A stretch of 64,000 bases of DNA from Anaerolineae bacterium. Lineage in GTDB: Bacteria > Chloroflexota > Anaerolineae > UBA1429. Shown here piece after piece: positions 1 to 8,280 of this stretch. Both the position numbers and the translations under genes were made by a program. Numbering within the stretch: position 1 is the stretch's first letter; each line of letters starts with the position of its first letter. Location of the stretch: NCBI GenBank assembly GCA_040767425.1, contig JAXGON010000012.1, positions 11,764 through 75,763 on the forward strand. Direction: 5' to 3'. The notes beneath the pieces are model-generated. The model did no database searches. It was given only the letters and a program-made list of their open reading frames with translations, and was not told the DNA's origin.

Positions 1-285
1 TGGTTACTGCTAGTGCTCCTCTTGGGGCCGGCCTGCGCCCTGATAGGCTTGGGCGTCACCGTGCTGGTCTCCTCCAAGGCCAAGACGGTGACCGGCGCCC
101 AACAGGCTTCCGGCGCGCTGGTGCTCCCCGTGGTCTTGTTGATGGTGGGGCAGTTGGCGGGAGCGTTCTACTTTGGTGGGGCGGTGATCTTGGGTGCTAC
201 AGCGGTGGCTTTGGTCATTGGGCTGGTGCTGGTGTGGCTGGGGGCGCGGACCTTTCAGCGCGGCGAGCTGGTAGCGCGGATCTAG
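1..285 (+). CDS. hypothetical membrane protein, 5'-truncated at window edge (frame is open back to position 1)
   Basis: Highly hydrophobic translation (Gly/Ala/Leu/Val-rich helices); no stop between position 1 and 285. Confidence 0.3.
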   Translation, partial: WLLLVLLLGPACALIGLGVTVLVSSKAKTVTGAQQASGALVLPVVLLMVGQLAGAFYFGGAVILGATAVALVIGLVLVWLGARTFQRGELVARI

Positions 286-306
286 GACGCGGCCGCCGGT
301 CCAGGC

Positions 307-1728
307 CTAATAGGCGTGCTTGTCACCTCGCAGGATGTTCACGATAGTCCGCAGGATGATCTTGAGATCAAATAGCAGCGACCAGTTCTCGATATAGTAG
401 AGATCGTACTTGGTTCGTTCCACGATCGACGTGTTGCCTCTGAGGCCGTTTACCTGGGCCCATCCCGTCATGCCGGCCTTTTCCTGGTGTCGCTCCATGT
501 AGCGGGGCACTACCTGCCGGAACTGCTCCACAAAGATGGGCCTCTCCGGGCGCGGCCCTACCAGGCTCATCTCCCCCATCAGAACGTTGATCAGCTGGGG
601 TAGCTCATCCAGCGACAGCTTACGCAACACCGAACCGATCCGCGTTCGACGGGGATCGTCCTCCGATGCCCACACGGCACCCGTAGCGGCCTCTGCTTCG
701 GTTCGCATGGAGCGGAATTTGAGCATCTTGAACGGTTTCCCGTCCAGCCCCACCCGCACCTGGGAGTAGAACACGGGCCCCGGCGACTCGATCTTGATCA
801 GGAGCGCAATAAGCATCATCAAGGGGGAGAGCACCAACAGGCCCACCGCCGAAACGATCAGGTCCATGCCGCGCTTGAGCGTCAGCTTCCAGCCGCGAAG
901 GGCCACATCGCGGACCGTCAGGAGCGGCAGTCCATCCAGGTCGTCGATGGTGAGGCTGGTAGCGATGATTTGGAACAGGTCGGGGAACAGCCGAACGGCG
1001 GTGTTGGCGCGTTGGCAGGCGGCAATCAGGTCCAGCGTCTCGTCGTGCGAGGCATTGATGGTGATGACCACGTCGTTGGCGTCCTGTTCGCGCAGCACGC
1101 GCTCCAGCTCGGAGCGACCGCCGAGGACAGGAACCCCAGCGATCTCTTCCCGGTCCACGTCGTCGACAAACCCGATGACTCGGTATCCCAGATCGGGCGA
1201 CTGGAGGGTCTTTTGCAGGATCATGCGGGCGACGTCGTTGGTGCCTACTAGGATGAGTCGATCGGGATTGGATCGGCGCGCCAGGCGGTGCAACCAGCCT
1301 GTAAAGATTCGCCCCAGCCCCGTCAGGATGATGGCCAAGAACCAGGCATAGATGATCAATCCCCGGGTGAGGTCGGTGCTTTCCGAGTAAAGCAGGTAGG
1401 TAAGGGCGGTCGTGCCAATGGTGGCGATAGAGACGCCCGAGAGGATCGAGTAGAATAGGTCGATTCGCGAATAGCTGCGCCCCAGATGGTACAGCCGGTA
1501 CCAGAAAAAGGTCAGTACGACGGTCACCGCCAGGATGATCTGAATCCCCACATAGTTGCGAAAGGGCCCCAGACGGATAGCGGTGGGAAAGGGTACGGTC
1601 TGGCGCAGCCAGTAGGCCAGATACATGGCGACGGCGGCCATGGCGGCGTCCACCGCCACGGTAATGAGGACGAGGAGGGATTCGAGCCGCCGAGACACTG
1701 GTAAGGCCCTCCTATGCCGAGGCGACAT
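307..1728 (-). CDS. polyprenyl-phosphate glycosyl-1-phosphate transferase (WbaP/CpsE-type bacterial sugar transferase)
   Basis: N-terminal TM helices; C-terminal bacterial sugar transferase domain (KRGMDL...PGPVFYSQ.RVG..G..F...KFRSM...DELPQL.NVL.GEMSLVGPRP). Confidence 0.8.
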   Translation of the reverse strand: MSPRHRRALPVSRRLESLLVLITVAVDAAMAAVAMYLAYWLRQTVPFPTAIRLGPFRNYVGIQIILAVTVVLTFFWYRLYHLGRSYSRIDLFYSILSGVSIATIGTTALTYLLYSESTDLTRGLIIYAWFLAIILTGLGRIFTGWLHRLARRSNPDRLILVGTNDVARMILQKTLQSPDLGYRVIGFVDDVDREEIAGVPVLGGRSELERVLREQDANDVVITINASHDETLDLIAACQRANTAVRLFPDLFQIIATSLTIDDLDGLPLLTVRDVALRGWKLTLKRGMDLIVSAVGLLVLSPLMMLIALLIKIESPGPVFYSQVRVGLDGKPFKMLKFRSMRTEAEAATGAVWASEDDPRRTRIGSVLRKLSLDELPQLINVLMGEMSLVGPRPERPIFVEQFRQVVPRYMERHQEKAGMTGWAQVNGLRGNTSIVERTKYDLYYIENWSLLFDLKIILRTIVNILRGDKHAY

Positions 1729-2623
1729 GCTTGCGCTTTGCCGGGCGGAGCCGGTTGCGCATCAGGGCCGTCCACTTGAGCAGGGCAACGCCTCCATCGA
1801 TGGCCCAGTTAATGGGCGCGGGCGTCTGGGCACGATAGTGCTTGTGGTGAAAGATGCGCATGGCGTCGTAAAAGGCCGTGATGGCGCGGTCACTGGCCTT
1901 GCGACTCGAGGCGCCCTTGACGTGGAGCACGGTGACCTGCGGGTGGTATACGATCCGCCACCCGCGCTGCTTGATGCGGTAGCAGAGGTCGATATCCTCG
2001 CCGTACATAAAGAATGTCTCATCCAGCAGGCCGGCTTGCGCCAAGGCCTCGCCACGCATGAGCATAAAGGCGCCCACCACCGCATCGACGTCGGCCTCTT
2101 GGTCCTCGTCCAAAAACGTGAGGTTGTACTGGCCGAACACGCGGCTGCGCGGAAAGAGCTGGCTGAGTCCCACGATGCGATAGAAAGAGACGGCCGGCGT
2201 AGGAAAGCTGCGGCGGCAGGCCTTGTCTAGCGCACCATCCCGGCGCACCAGCTTGGGGCCGCTGACGCCGATGTCGGGATGGGCATCCATAAACTGAACC
2301 ATCTGTTCCAGCGCTCTCGGCGGCAGGAGGGTGTCAGGGTTGAGCAGCAGAGCATAGCGGGGCGGCTCGCCTCCCTCGCAAAAGCCGGCCTCTCGCAGGC
2401 CGATATTGTTGGCGTAGGCGTAACCCCCGTTGTGGTCGGTGACTATCACCGTTGCCCAAGGGAAGCGCTCTTGCGCCATCTCGGCGCTGCCATCGCTGGA
2501 GGCATTGTCGACCACGATGGTCCGGCACGCCAGCCTCACAGCGGCCTCGGGGATGGTTCCGAGGCAGCGGGCGAGGTCCTCGCGCGTGTTATAGTTGACG
2601 ATCACAACGGTTAGGTCTTGCAT
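1712..2623 (-). CDS. family 2 glycosyltransferase
   Basis: N-terminal VVIVNYNT...VVDNASSDGS GT-A signature with DxD-type region. Confidence 0.75.
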   Translation of the reverse strand: MQDLTVVIVNYNTREDLARCLGTIPEAAVRLACRTIVVDNASSDGSAEMAQERFPWATVIVTDHNGGYAYANNIGLREAGFCEGGEPPRYALLLNPDTLLPPRALEQMVQFMDAHPDIGVSGPKLVRRDGALDKACRRSFPTPAVSFYRIVGLSQLFPRSRVFGQYNLTFLDEDQEADVDAVVGAFMLMRGEALAQAGLLDETFFMYGEDIDLCYRIKQRGWRIVYHPQVTVLHVKGASSRKASDRAITAFYDAMRIFHHKHYRAQTPAPINWAIDGGVALLKWTALMRNRLRPAKRKHVASA

Positions 2624-2688
2624 GCTTGCTCCGTCGCTAAAGGTACGCCAACCATTCTACCACACCGAGGTTGCTGCACCAATGGGGG

Positions 2689-3663
2689 CTAGCGAGGGGG
2701 AGAGGGTGAGACGTCGCGTAGGTGGCGGTGGCGCCACACGATCCCGACGGGATAGCCGGCCATCTTGGCTAGGTCACCCGTGATGACCAAAATGGGCAAC
2801 AGGGCTACCATGCCCAGCCGTTCGCCCCAGCTTGCCGAGGCGAGCTCTGGCCACAGGCGGCGCATGGGGCGCCAGAACATGCCGGCCGCCCCCAGCGCCA
2901 GGGCGGTCAGCCACCATGGCGAGTGGACACAAGCCAAGACCAGCAGCGCCGGGGCGGCCACCAGGTAGGTTCCGTAGCGGATGGCGTGGCGTCCCCGCCA
3001 GAGGTCAGCCTTTCCATCGCCTCTGGCGTAGCGATAGTACTGCTTGGCAAAGGCGCGCAGGCTGGAACGGGGTCGAAAGTGGACCAGCGCATCGGTGGCA
3101 AGGGCAAACTGCGCCCCCTGGCGGCGCATGGCCAGGTCAAACACCAGGTCCTCGCAATAGTCGAGCCACTCGGGGTAGCCCCCGACTCTATCCCAGACGG
3201 CCCTGGTAAAGGCTACCGAACGCGAGGACGGCAAGAAGCTCTTGGCATCCAGCTCGTCCAAACGCGGCAAGGTGATGGTCCCCAGGGCGCGCTCAAAGAG
3301 CGAACGCGGCGCCGACACAAAAACTCCACCCACTACGTCCGGCGGGGTATCCGACGCCAAGGGGGCGACGAGACGCTCTAGCCAATCGGGCGCCAGCCGC
3401 ACGCCGGCATCGGTGACGGCAATGATATCATAGCTGGCAGCCGCGATGGCGCGGTTCCTGCCGGTGGAGATATTGGCGCCAGGCAGCGAGAATGCCCGCA
3501 GCGGAAGCGTGCCCGCTTGCGCGGCTGACTCGAGGCGCTCCCAGGTGCCGTCGGTGGAGCCCCCATCGACGATGACCACTTCATCGGGGCGGCGCGTCTG
3601 CTGCGCTAGCGAGCTCAGCAATGCCTCAATGCTCTCACGCTCGTTGAGCACCGTGGCGATCAC
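2689..3663 (-). CDS. family 2 glycosyltransferase with C-terminal membrane segment
   Basis: TVLNERESI...VVIVDGGSTDGT GT2 motif; hydrophobic C-terminus. Confidence 0.7.
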   Translation of the reverse strand: MIATVLNERESIEALLSSLAQQTRRPDEVVIVDGGSTDGTWERLESAAQAGTLPLRAFSLPGANISTGRNRAIAAASYDIIAVTDAGVRLAPDWLERLVAPLASDTPPDVVGGVFVSAPRSLFERALGTITLPRLDELDAKSFLPSSRSVAFTRAVWDRVGGYPEWLDYCEDLVFDLAMRRQGAQFALATDALVHFRPRSSLRAFAKQYYRYARGDGKADLWRGRHAIRYGTYLVAAPALLVLACVHSPWWLTALALGAAGMFWRPMRRLWPELASASWGERLGMVALLPILVITGDLAKMAGYPVGIVWRHRHLRDVSPSPPR

Positions 3664-3747
3664 AGAGACGCGAACCGTTGGTGATCCCTGGATGATCTCC
3701 TCCTTACCTGGCTAGGGCCAGACGCCGCTTGTGTCGCCAACGCCCGC

Positions 3748-6246
3748 CTATGCCGGGGCGATCTCACGCCGCGTGTTTCCGTCGTGTCCCACGATCTCCA
3801 GGGCCCAATACGGCGTCCAGAGCAGACCAAAGGCCAGGAGGTCGATGTCTGAGCGTCGCGCGCTTTGAGTTCGCTGGACGATCTGGGTCGGCACCTCATC
3901 CCACCTGCGCCGCTCGGTCTCCAGCTCGCGGTCGCGCTCGGCTACCAGTTCCTCGCGGTCAGCACGGAGCCGCTCCAACGCGTCTTCGCGAGCGTCCATG
4001 GCCTGACGGGCCTTGGCGGTCATGCGGCGCTTTGTCTCGGCTTGCGAGAGACCGCGGCTGCGCTTGTGGCCCAGTAGCAGTCCGACGATGGATTCGCCTG
4101 CCGACAAGACCTCCTGGCGCTTGCGGCTCTCCCATTCAACTTCGGCTTGGCGTAGGCTCGCCTCCTCTTTGGCGATCTTGTCATCTAGCTTGTCGATGGC
4201 CTGCGCGTGCTTTTTTTCGAGCGCCTGCAGGGCAGCGCGCGACCGCTGCAACGCCTCAGCGCGACACCGCTCCGTAAAGGCGAGCTCTGACTCTCCCGGA
4301 TAGGATGTGAGCCCCAACGCCTCGTTATGCCACTGCTCCAGGCCGATGTCGTGATAGACATAGTCCTGAAACGCGTCACGGAGGCGGGTATAGGGCGGCG
4401 AGTCGTTCATCCCGTCAGGCAGCCGCTCATAGTAGGCTCGGCCGGTAGGCTCGGTCTCTAGGTCGTCCAGGCCCTCTACGATCTCGGCAAAGGCGTCCCA
4501 CTGGACGGTGCGGAACGCCTCTGGAAGCGGCAGACGGCAGGCTACCTGGCGCTCCTCGAGGGCGTTGGAGCTGGAATCCACAAAGCGCACCCGCGCCCAC
4601 CCGAGCAACTGGGGACGGTAGATGAGCGCCGCGTCTACGAGTTCGCCGCCGAGCTTGGCTGCCGCCCGCTCTCGGGGCACACTCAGCGCCGCATAGTACT
4701 GCATCACCCGCGAGTTCACCGCGGGTGGCGTCGACAGGAACCCGGCGGAGGTGAGGGCTGACTCGCTGACCAACGAGCTGGCTTTGGCTGCGGCCGCCGT
4801 GCGTCGTGGCGTCTCTGCTGGCCGGCGATCCTTATAGGGGCGCATCAGGTCGGCGACTTGGGTGCGGGTCATGGGCCCCCGGAGGTACGACATGGCCCAC
4901 CGGGTGCGGTAGAGCTGGGGTCCATCCCCATGGACGTTGTGTAGCACAAACACGCGTGATCCCAGCGACGAGATCATGCGGTCCATGTAGCGGCGATCCA
5001 GCAGGGTTCCCGACTGGGAGACAACCCCCTCCATGCCGTCCAGCAGGCGAGCTTTGTCTCGGTCGGTCTGCAGCTTGCCCACGAACCAGGTTCCTGCGTT
5101 AGAGAGCCCCTTATAGTCCAGGTCCATCGGGTTCTGGGTGGCCAATACGACGCCCAGGCCAAAGGCGCGGGCCTGCTTGAACAGAGTGAGCAGGGGCGTC
5201 TTGCTGGGTGGGTTGGCGGTGGGTGGGAAATAGCCAAAAACCTCGTCGAAATAGAGCAGGGCGCGCAGCGAGGTGGTGCCAGGCTGCTTACGCATCCAGG
5301 ATACGACCTGTTCCAGCAGGAGCGTGACAAAGAACATGCGCTCGGCATCGCTGAGGTGGGCGATGTAGCAGATCGAGACGCGCGGCTTGCCCGATGACGT
5401 CCAGAGTAGCCGACCGACGTCGAGGGGATCGCCCTCGCGCCAGGCGGCAAAGCTGGGCGCCGCCACGAGAGCGTTGAGCTGCATGGCAAGGCTCATGCGA
5501 TCACGGCTGGGGTAGAATGTCTCCAGCTCGAAAACGCCCAGGCGCTCGATGGGAGGGTTCTGCACGTCGACGATCAAGCGGCCCAGGTCCACATCCTCGC
5601 CGTTGCGCCAGGCGCGCTCTAGCAGGTTGGAGAGCAAGATGTGCTCACGGCTCTGCACGGGATCGGCGTCGATGCCGATGAGCCCGAGCAAGGCCGATAC
5701 GGTGCTAGAGATCGCCTCGCGCAACGACTCGGCGTCGTCATCCCAGCTCAAATCAGGCGCGTCAAAGCTCTGAAGCACGCTCAGGGGCAGGCCCGACTCG
5801 CTGCCTGGGGTATAGATGGTGAACTCGGCGGCCTCTTTCAGGCGACGGATGCGGTCGCCGTCCTGATCCCACTGCCCGAGCCCATCGGACCAGGTCTGCG
5901 CCGTTTGCTGGGCGTACTCGGCAATGGACTGACCCTTGCGGCGGGCGTCGTCGACGTTGATCCACGGCTCGAAATCGGAAGGGCGTAGCTCGGGGAACGT
6001 CAGGAGCAGGTTGGTCATGTCCCCTTTGGGGTCGATAATGATGGAGGGGATGCCGTCCAGCGCCGCCTCTTCCAGCAGCGTGATGCAGAGGCCCGTCTTG
6101 CCGCTGCCCGTCATTCCGACGCAGACGGCATGGGTGGTGAGGTCGCGGGCATCGTACATAATGGGGTCATCGACCTGATCCTGGCCCGAGTTGGGATCGT
6201 AGGCGCGGCCCAGGTAAAAGGCTCCCAGTCTCTCTTCCACCGCCAT
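3748..6246 (-). CDS. HerA/FtsK-superfamily NTPase (DUF853/YjgR-like) with ~300-aa C-terminal coiled-coil extension
   Basis: Walker A GMTGSGKTG followed by IIIDPKGDMTN (compare HerA/YjgR motifs); Walker B LLYFDEVF; ATQNPMDLD; charged heptad-like repeats in the C-terminal third. Confidence 0.6.
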   Translation of the reverse strand: MAVEERLGAFYLGRAYDPNSGQDQVDDPIMYDARDLTTHAVCVGMTGSGKTGLCITLLEEAALDGIPSIIIDPKGDMTNLLLTFPELRPSDFEPWINVDDARRKGQSIAEYAQQTAQTWSDGLGQWDQDGDRIRRLKEAAEFTIYTPGSESGLPLSVLQSFDAPDLSWDDDAESLREAISSTVSALLGLIGIDADPVQSREHILLSNLLERAWRNGEDVDLGRLIVDVQNPPIERLGVFELETFYPSRDRMSLAMQLNALVAAPSFAAWREGDPLDVGRLLWTSSGKPRVSICYIAHLSDAERMFFVTLLLEQVVSWMRKQPGTTSLRALLYFDEVFGYFPPTANPPSKTPLLTLFKQARAFGLGVVLATQNPMDLDYKGLSNAGTWFVGKLQTDRDKARLLDGMEGVVSQSGTLLDRRYMDRMISSLGSRVFVLHNVHGDGPQLYRTRWAMSYLRGPMTRTQVADLMRPYKDRRPAETPRRTAAAAKASSLVSESALTSAGFLSTPPAVNSRVMQYYAALSVPRERAAAKLGGELVDAALIYRPQLLGWARVRFVDSSSNALEERQVACRLPLPEAFRTVQWDAFAEIVEGLDDLETEPTGRAYYERLPDGMNDSPPYTRLRDAFQDYVYHDIGLEQWHNEALGLTSYPGESELAFTERCRAEALQRSRAALQALEKKHAQAIDKLDDKIAKEEASLRQAEVEWESRKRQEVLSAGESIVGLLLGHKRSRGLSQAETKRRMTAKARQAMDAREDALERLRADREELVAERDRELETERRRWDEVPTQIVQRTQSARRSDIDLLAFGLLWTPYWALEIVGHDGNTRREIAPA

Positions 6247-6288
6247 TCGCGTAACCTCCTTGTTCGGATCAGCGGCTCTCTGCTCGGA

Positions 6289-6759
6289 CTACTGACGAAG
6301 GGTCGAGACCAATCGCACGGGATCGATGAACAGGTCCAGGGCTTGCGCAATGGTGGCAGTGACCAGATCGGCCCGCCGCAGGGCACTGACCGCCACTCCC
6401 TCGTCTCCCAGAACGGCAATGCCGATCCTCGCCGCCTCAAGCATGAGAGCGTCGTTGGCGCCGTTGCCGATGGCCGCCACTCGCTCAGCAACCAAGCGGC
6501 GGGCCAGGTCGGCTTTGGCTTGGGCCTCGCCTCCCGCAGGAACACGCTGGATGGCCACGCCCAGCCTCTCGGCCAGGGCGTCGGCTGTGCCTCGGGTGTC
6601 CGCCGTCACCAGCATGATCTGGAGCGCATCGCTTAGCCGAGCGATACGCTCAGCCACCCCAGGGATCAGCATGCCACCGGTTGTAAGCGTGCCGTTGACG
6701 TCCAGCAGCAGATGCTCGATCTCCATGCTGCCGACGCCCGGGACGATCATCCGTATCAT
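6289..6759 (-). CDS. small HAD-superfamily hydrolase (soluble P-type-ATPase-like, COG4087-type)
   Basis: LLLDVNGTLT motif I, IGNGANDALML motif IV. Start chosen at internal Met (MIRM/MEIEH); the upstream extension in the ORF track is probably not coding. Confidence 0.6.
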   Translation of the reverse strand: MIRMIVPGVGSMEIEHLLLDVNGTLTTGGMLIPGVAERIARLSDALQIMLVTADTRGTADALAERLGVAIQRVPAGGEAQAKADLARRLVAERVAAIGNGANDALMLEAARIGIAVLGDEGVAVSALRRADLVTATIAQALDLFIDPVRLVSTLRQ

Positions 6760-6895
6760 AGCGGCTCCTCTTGAGCATGACCAGCGAGTTGACAGCCTAT
6801 TAGGGGGATGGTATACTCTGGTATGTACCCAAGGGGGGTATCCTATGGAGCCGCCCTTTTGTGAGCAGTTCAGGCCTTGGGCCAAAGGAGACAAC

Positions 6896-7237
6896 ATGAG
6901 CGATCAGGTCAAGCATGTGACGGATGCCAGCTTTCAGCAGGATGTACTGGAAGCGGATACCCCGGTTCTGGTGGACTTTTGGGCTCCCTGGTGCGGTCCC
7001 TGTCGCATGATCGCACCCATCGTCGAGCAACTAGCTGAAGAGTATGACGGCCGTCTAGCGGTTGTCAAGATGAACACCGACGAGAACATGGAGACGCCCA
7101 CGGGGCTGGGCATTCGTGGCATCCCCACGCTGATCCTGTTCGCCGATGGGGAAGAGGTGGAGCGGATCGTGGGGGTCACGCCCAAGCCGACGCTCAAGCG
7201 CAAGATCGACGCCATCCTCGAGGCTGAGATGGCGTGA
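6896..7237 (+). CDS. trxA: thioredoxin
   Basis: 113 aa with canonical WCGPC active site and GIRGIPTL cis-Pro region; AAAGGAG RBS upstream of the ATG at 6896. Confidence 0.9.
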   Translation: MSDQVKHVTDASFQQDVLEADTPVLVDFWAPWCGPCRMIAPIVEQLAEEYDGRLAVVKMNTDENMETPTGLGIRGIPTLILFADGEEVERIVGVTPKPTLKRKIDAILEAEMA

Positions 7238-7641
7238 GACAGCTCCTGGCGGAGAACTGGTTGGCGCTGCTCGTCTTGGGCGCGCTGGGTGCGGCCTACT
7301 TGTTGTTTCGCACCAGCCCGTCTGACCTGGCTTCGCTGGAAGAGGTGGATCAGATCATTGGAGCGGGCCGCCCCGTCGTGATCCAGGTCTATACCAACAC
7401 TTGAACGGCTTGCTTCCTAGCCAAGCCTGTCGTCGACGGGATCGAGCGATCGTTGGGAGAGCGGGGTACCGTGCTGAGATTCTCCGCTACTGGAACGGTG
7501 GGGAGGGCTCTGGCAGCGAGGCTGGGCGTGCGCGCCGTTCCCACCTTGGTGGTGTATGACGCGCAGGGTGACGAACTGCTCCGCCAGGTTGGATCCTTGA
7601 ATCAGGCCGAGGTGATAGCAGCGCTAGGTATTGATGACTAG
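7234..7641 (+). CDS. membrane-anchored thioredoxin-like protein with in-frame TGA (7402-7404) at the CxxC nucleophile position; candidate selenoprotein (UxxC), or else a disrupted gene
   Basis: One continuous frame from GTG 7234: N-terminal TM helix, then VVIQVYTNT-[TGA]-TAC-FLAKPVVDGIE aligning to Trx [24 protein letters not shown], then RAVPTLVVYD...GSLNQAEV matching Trx GIPTLLLF...GALSKGQL. Hairpin GGCTTG-N9-CAAGCC begins 3 nt after the TGA. Confidence 0.45.
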
Positions 7642-7669
7642 CGGCGAGAGAGACAAGTAGGAATCCACT

Positions 7670-7858
7670 ATGCCCATCTATGAATACGAATGTGTCGAGT
7701 GTGGGACGCGCTTTGACAAGTTTGTGCGCAGCGCCACGCGCCCCGTGGAGGTGGCTTGCCCCACCTGCAAGAGCGAGAACTGCCGCAAGGTGGTTTCGGC
7801 CTTTGCGTCAACGGGTGTCCAATCCAGCGGTGCCAACTGCGCCCCATCTGGTGGTTGA
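7670..7858 (+). CDS. FmdB-family zinc-ribbon protein
   Basis: MPIYEYECVECG...CPTC N-terminal signature typical of the FmdB putative regulatory family. Confidence 0.7.
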   Translation: MPIYEYECVECGTRFDKFVRSATRPVEVACPTCKSENCRKVVSAFASTGVQSSGANCAPSGG

Positions 7859-7904
7859 GGACTCACGCGCCGAGGCTAGTTAGCCTCCTTTCAGGATACG
7901 ATCG

Positions 7905-8180
7905 GTGGGAAGGGCCATGACGACGCTAGAAAGCGCCGCGCGAGACGATCTGGTCCTGCGCCTGCGCCGCATCGAGGGCCAGACCAAGGGGATCCAGCGC
8001 ATGCTCCAGGAAGGACGGAGTTGCGCCGAGATCCTTGATCAACTCGCCTCCGTGCGCGCGGCTACACGCAGCGCCAGCATCGCGCTCTTGCGGCACTATG
8101 CGGCTACCTGCGTCGAATCGCCCGAAGCAGAGGTGGACTTGAGCGGAATCCTCGACCTCGTGTTTCGGGCCACCGACTAG
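7905..8180 (+). CDS. CsoR/RcnR/FrmR-family metal-sensing transcriptional repressor
   Basis: RLRRIEGQ.KGIQRM....C.EIL.Q...V..A......LL.HY..TC aligns with B. subtilis CsoR including the Cys...His...Cys ligand positions. Confidence 0.75.
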   Translation: MGRAMTTLESAARDDLVLRLRRIEGQTKGIQRMLQEGRSCAEILDQLASVRAATRSASIALLRHYAATCVESPEAEVDLSGILDLVFRATD

Positions 8181-8280
8181 CTGCACAAGGTTACGGAGAG
8201 AGCCTGCTGCGGCCCTCCCCTACTTTGACATGCTTCCCCCGCGCCGCTAGGATCGACTCAGCAGAGCAGGGGGATCGGGC

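Noticed and set aside
794-1351. 185-aa ORF on the plus strand inside the WbaP-type gene
   Set aside because: Antisense to a well-supported gene; Arg/Ser/Pro-rich composition typical of GC-driven spurious ORFs.
3748-6246. Type IV coupling protein (VirD4/TraG) or conjugative element
   Set aside because: The Walker motifs are compatible, but there are no TM anchors, relaxase, T4SS components, integrase or repeats nearby. The DUF853/HerA-like assignment fits better.
6326-6895. N-terminal 190 aa of the 303-aa ORF track entry upstream of trxA
   Set aside because: This part overlaps the HAD gene on the opposite strand and has no thioredoxin similarity. The thioredoxin reading starts at ATG 6896, which has its own RBS.
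7402-7404. Treating the TGA as a genuine stop and calling two separate small ORFs (7234..7404 and 7453..7641)
   Set aside because: Neither half is a complete thioredoxin fold on its own and the second lacks an RBS or ATG, so both would be fragments. The two halves join seamlessly in one frame across the TGA at the catalytic position, so I report it as a Sec candidate or pseudogene.
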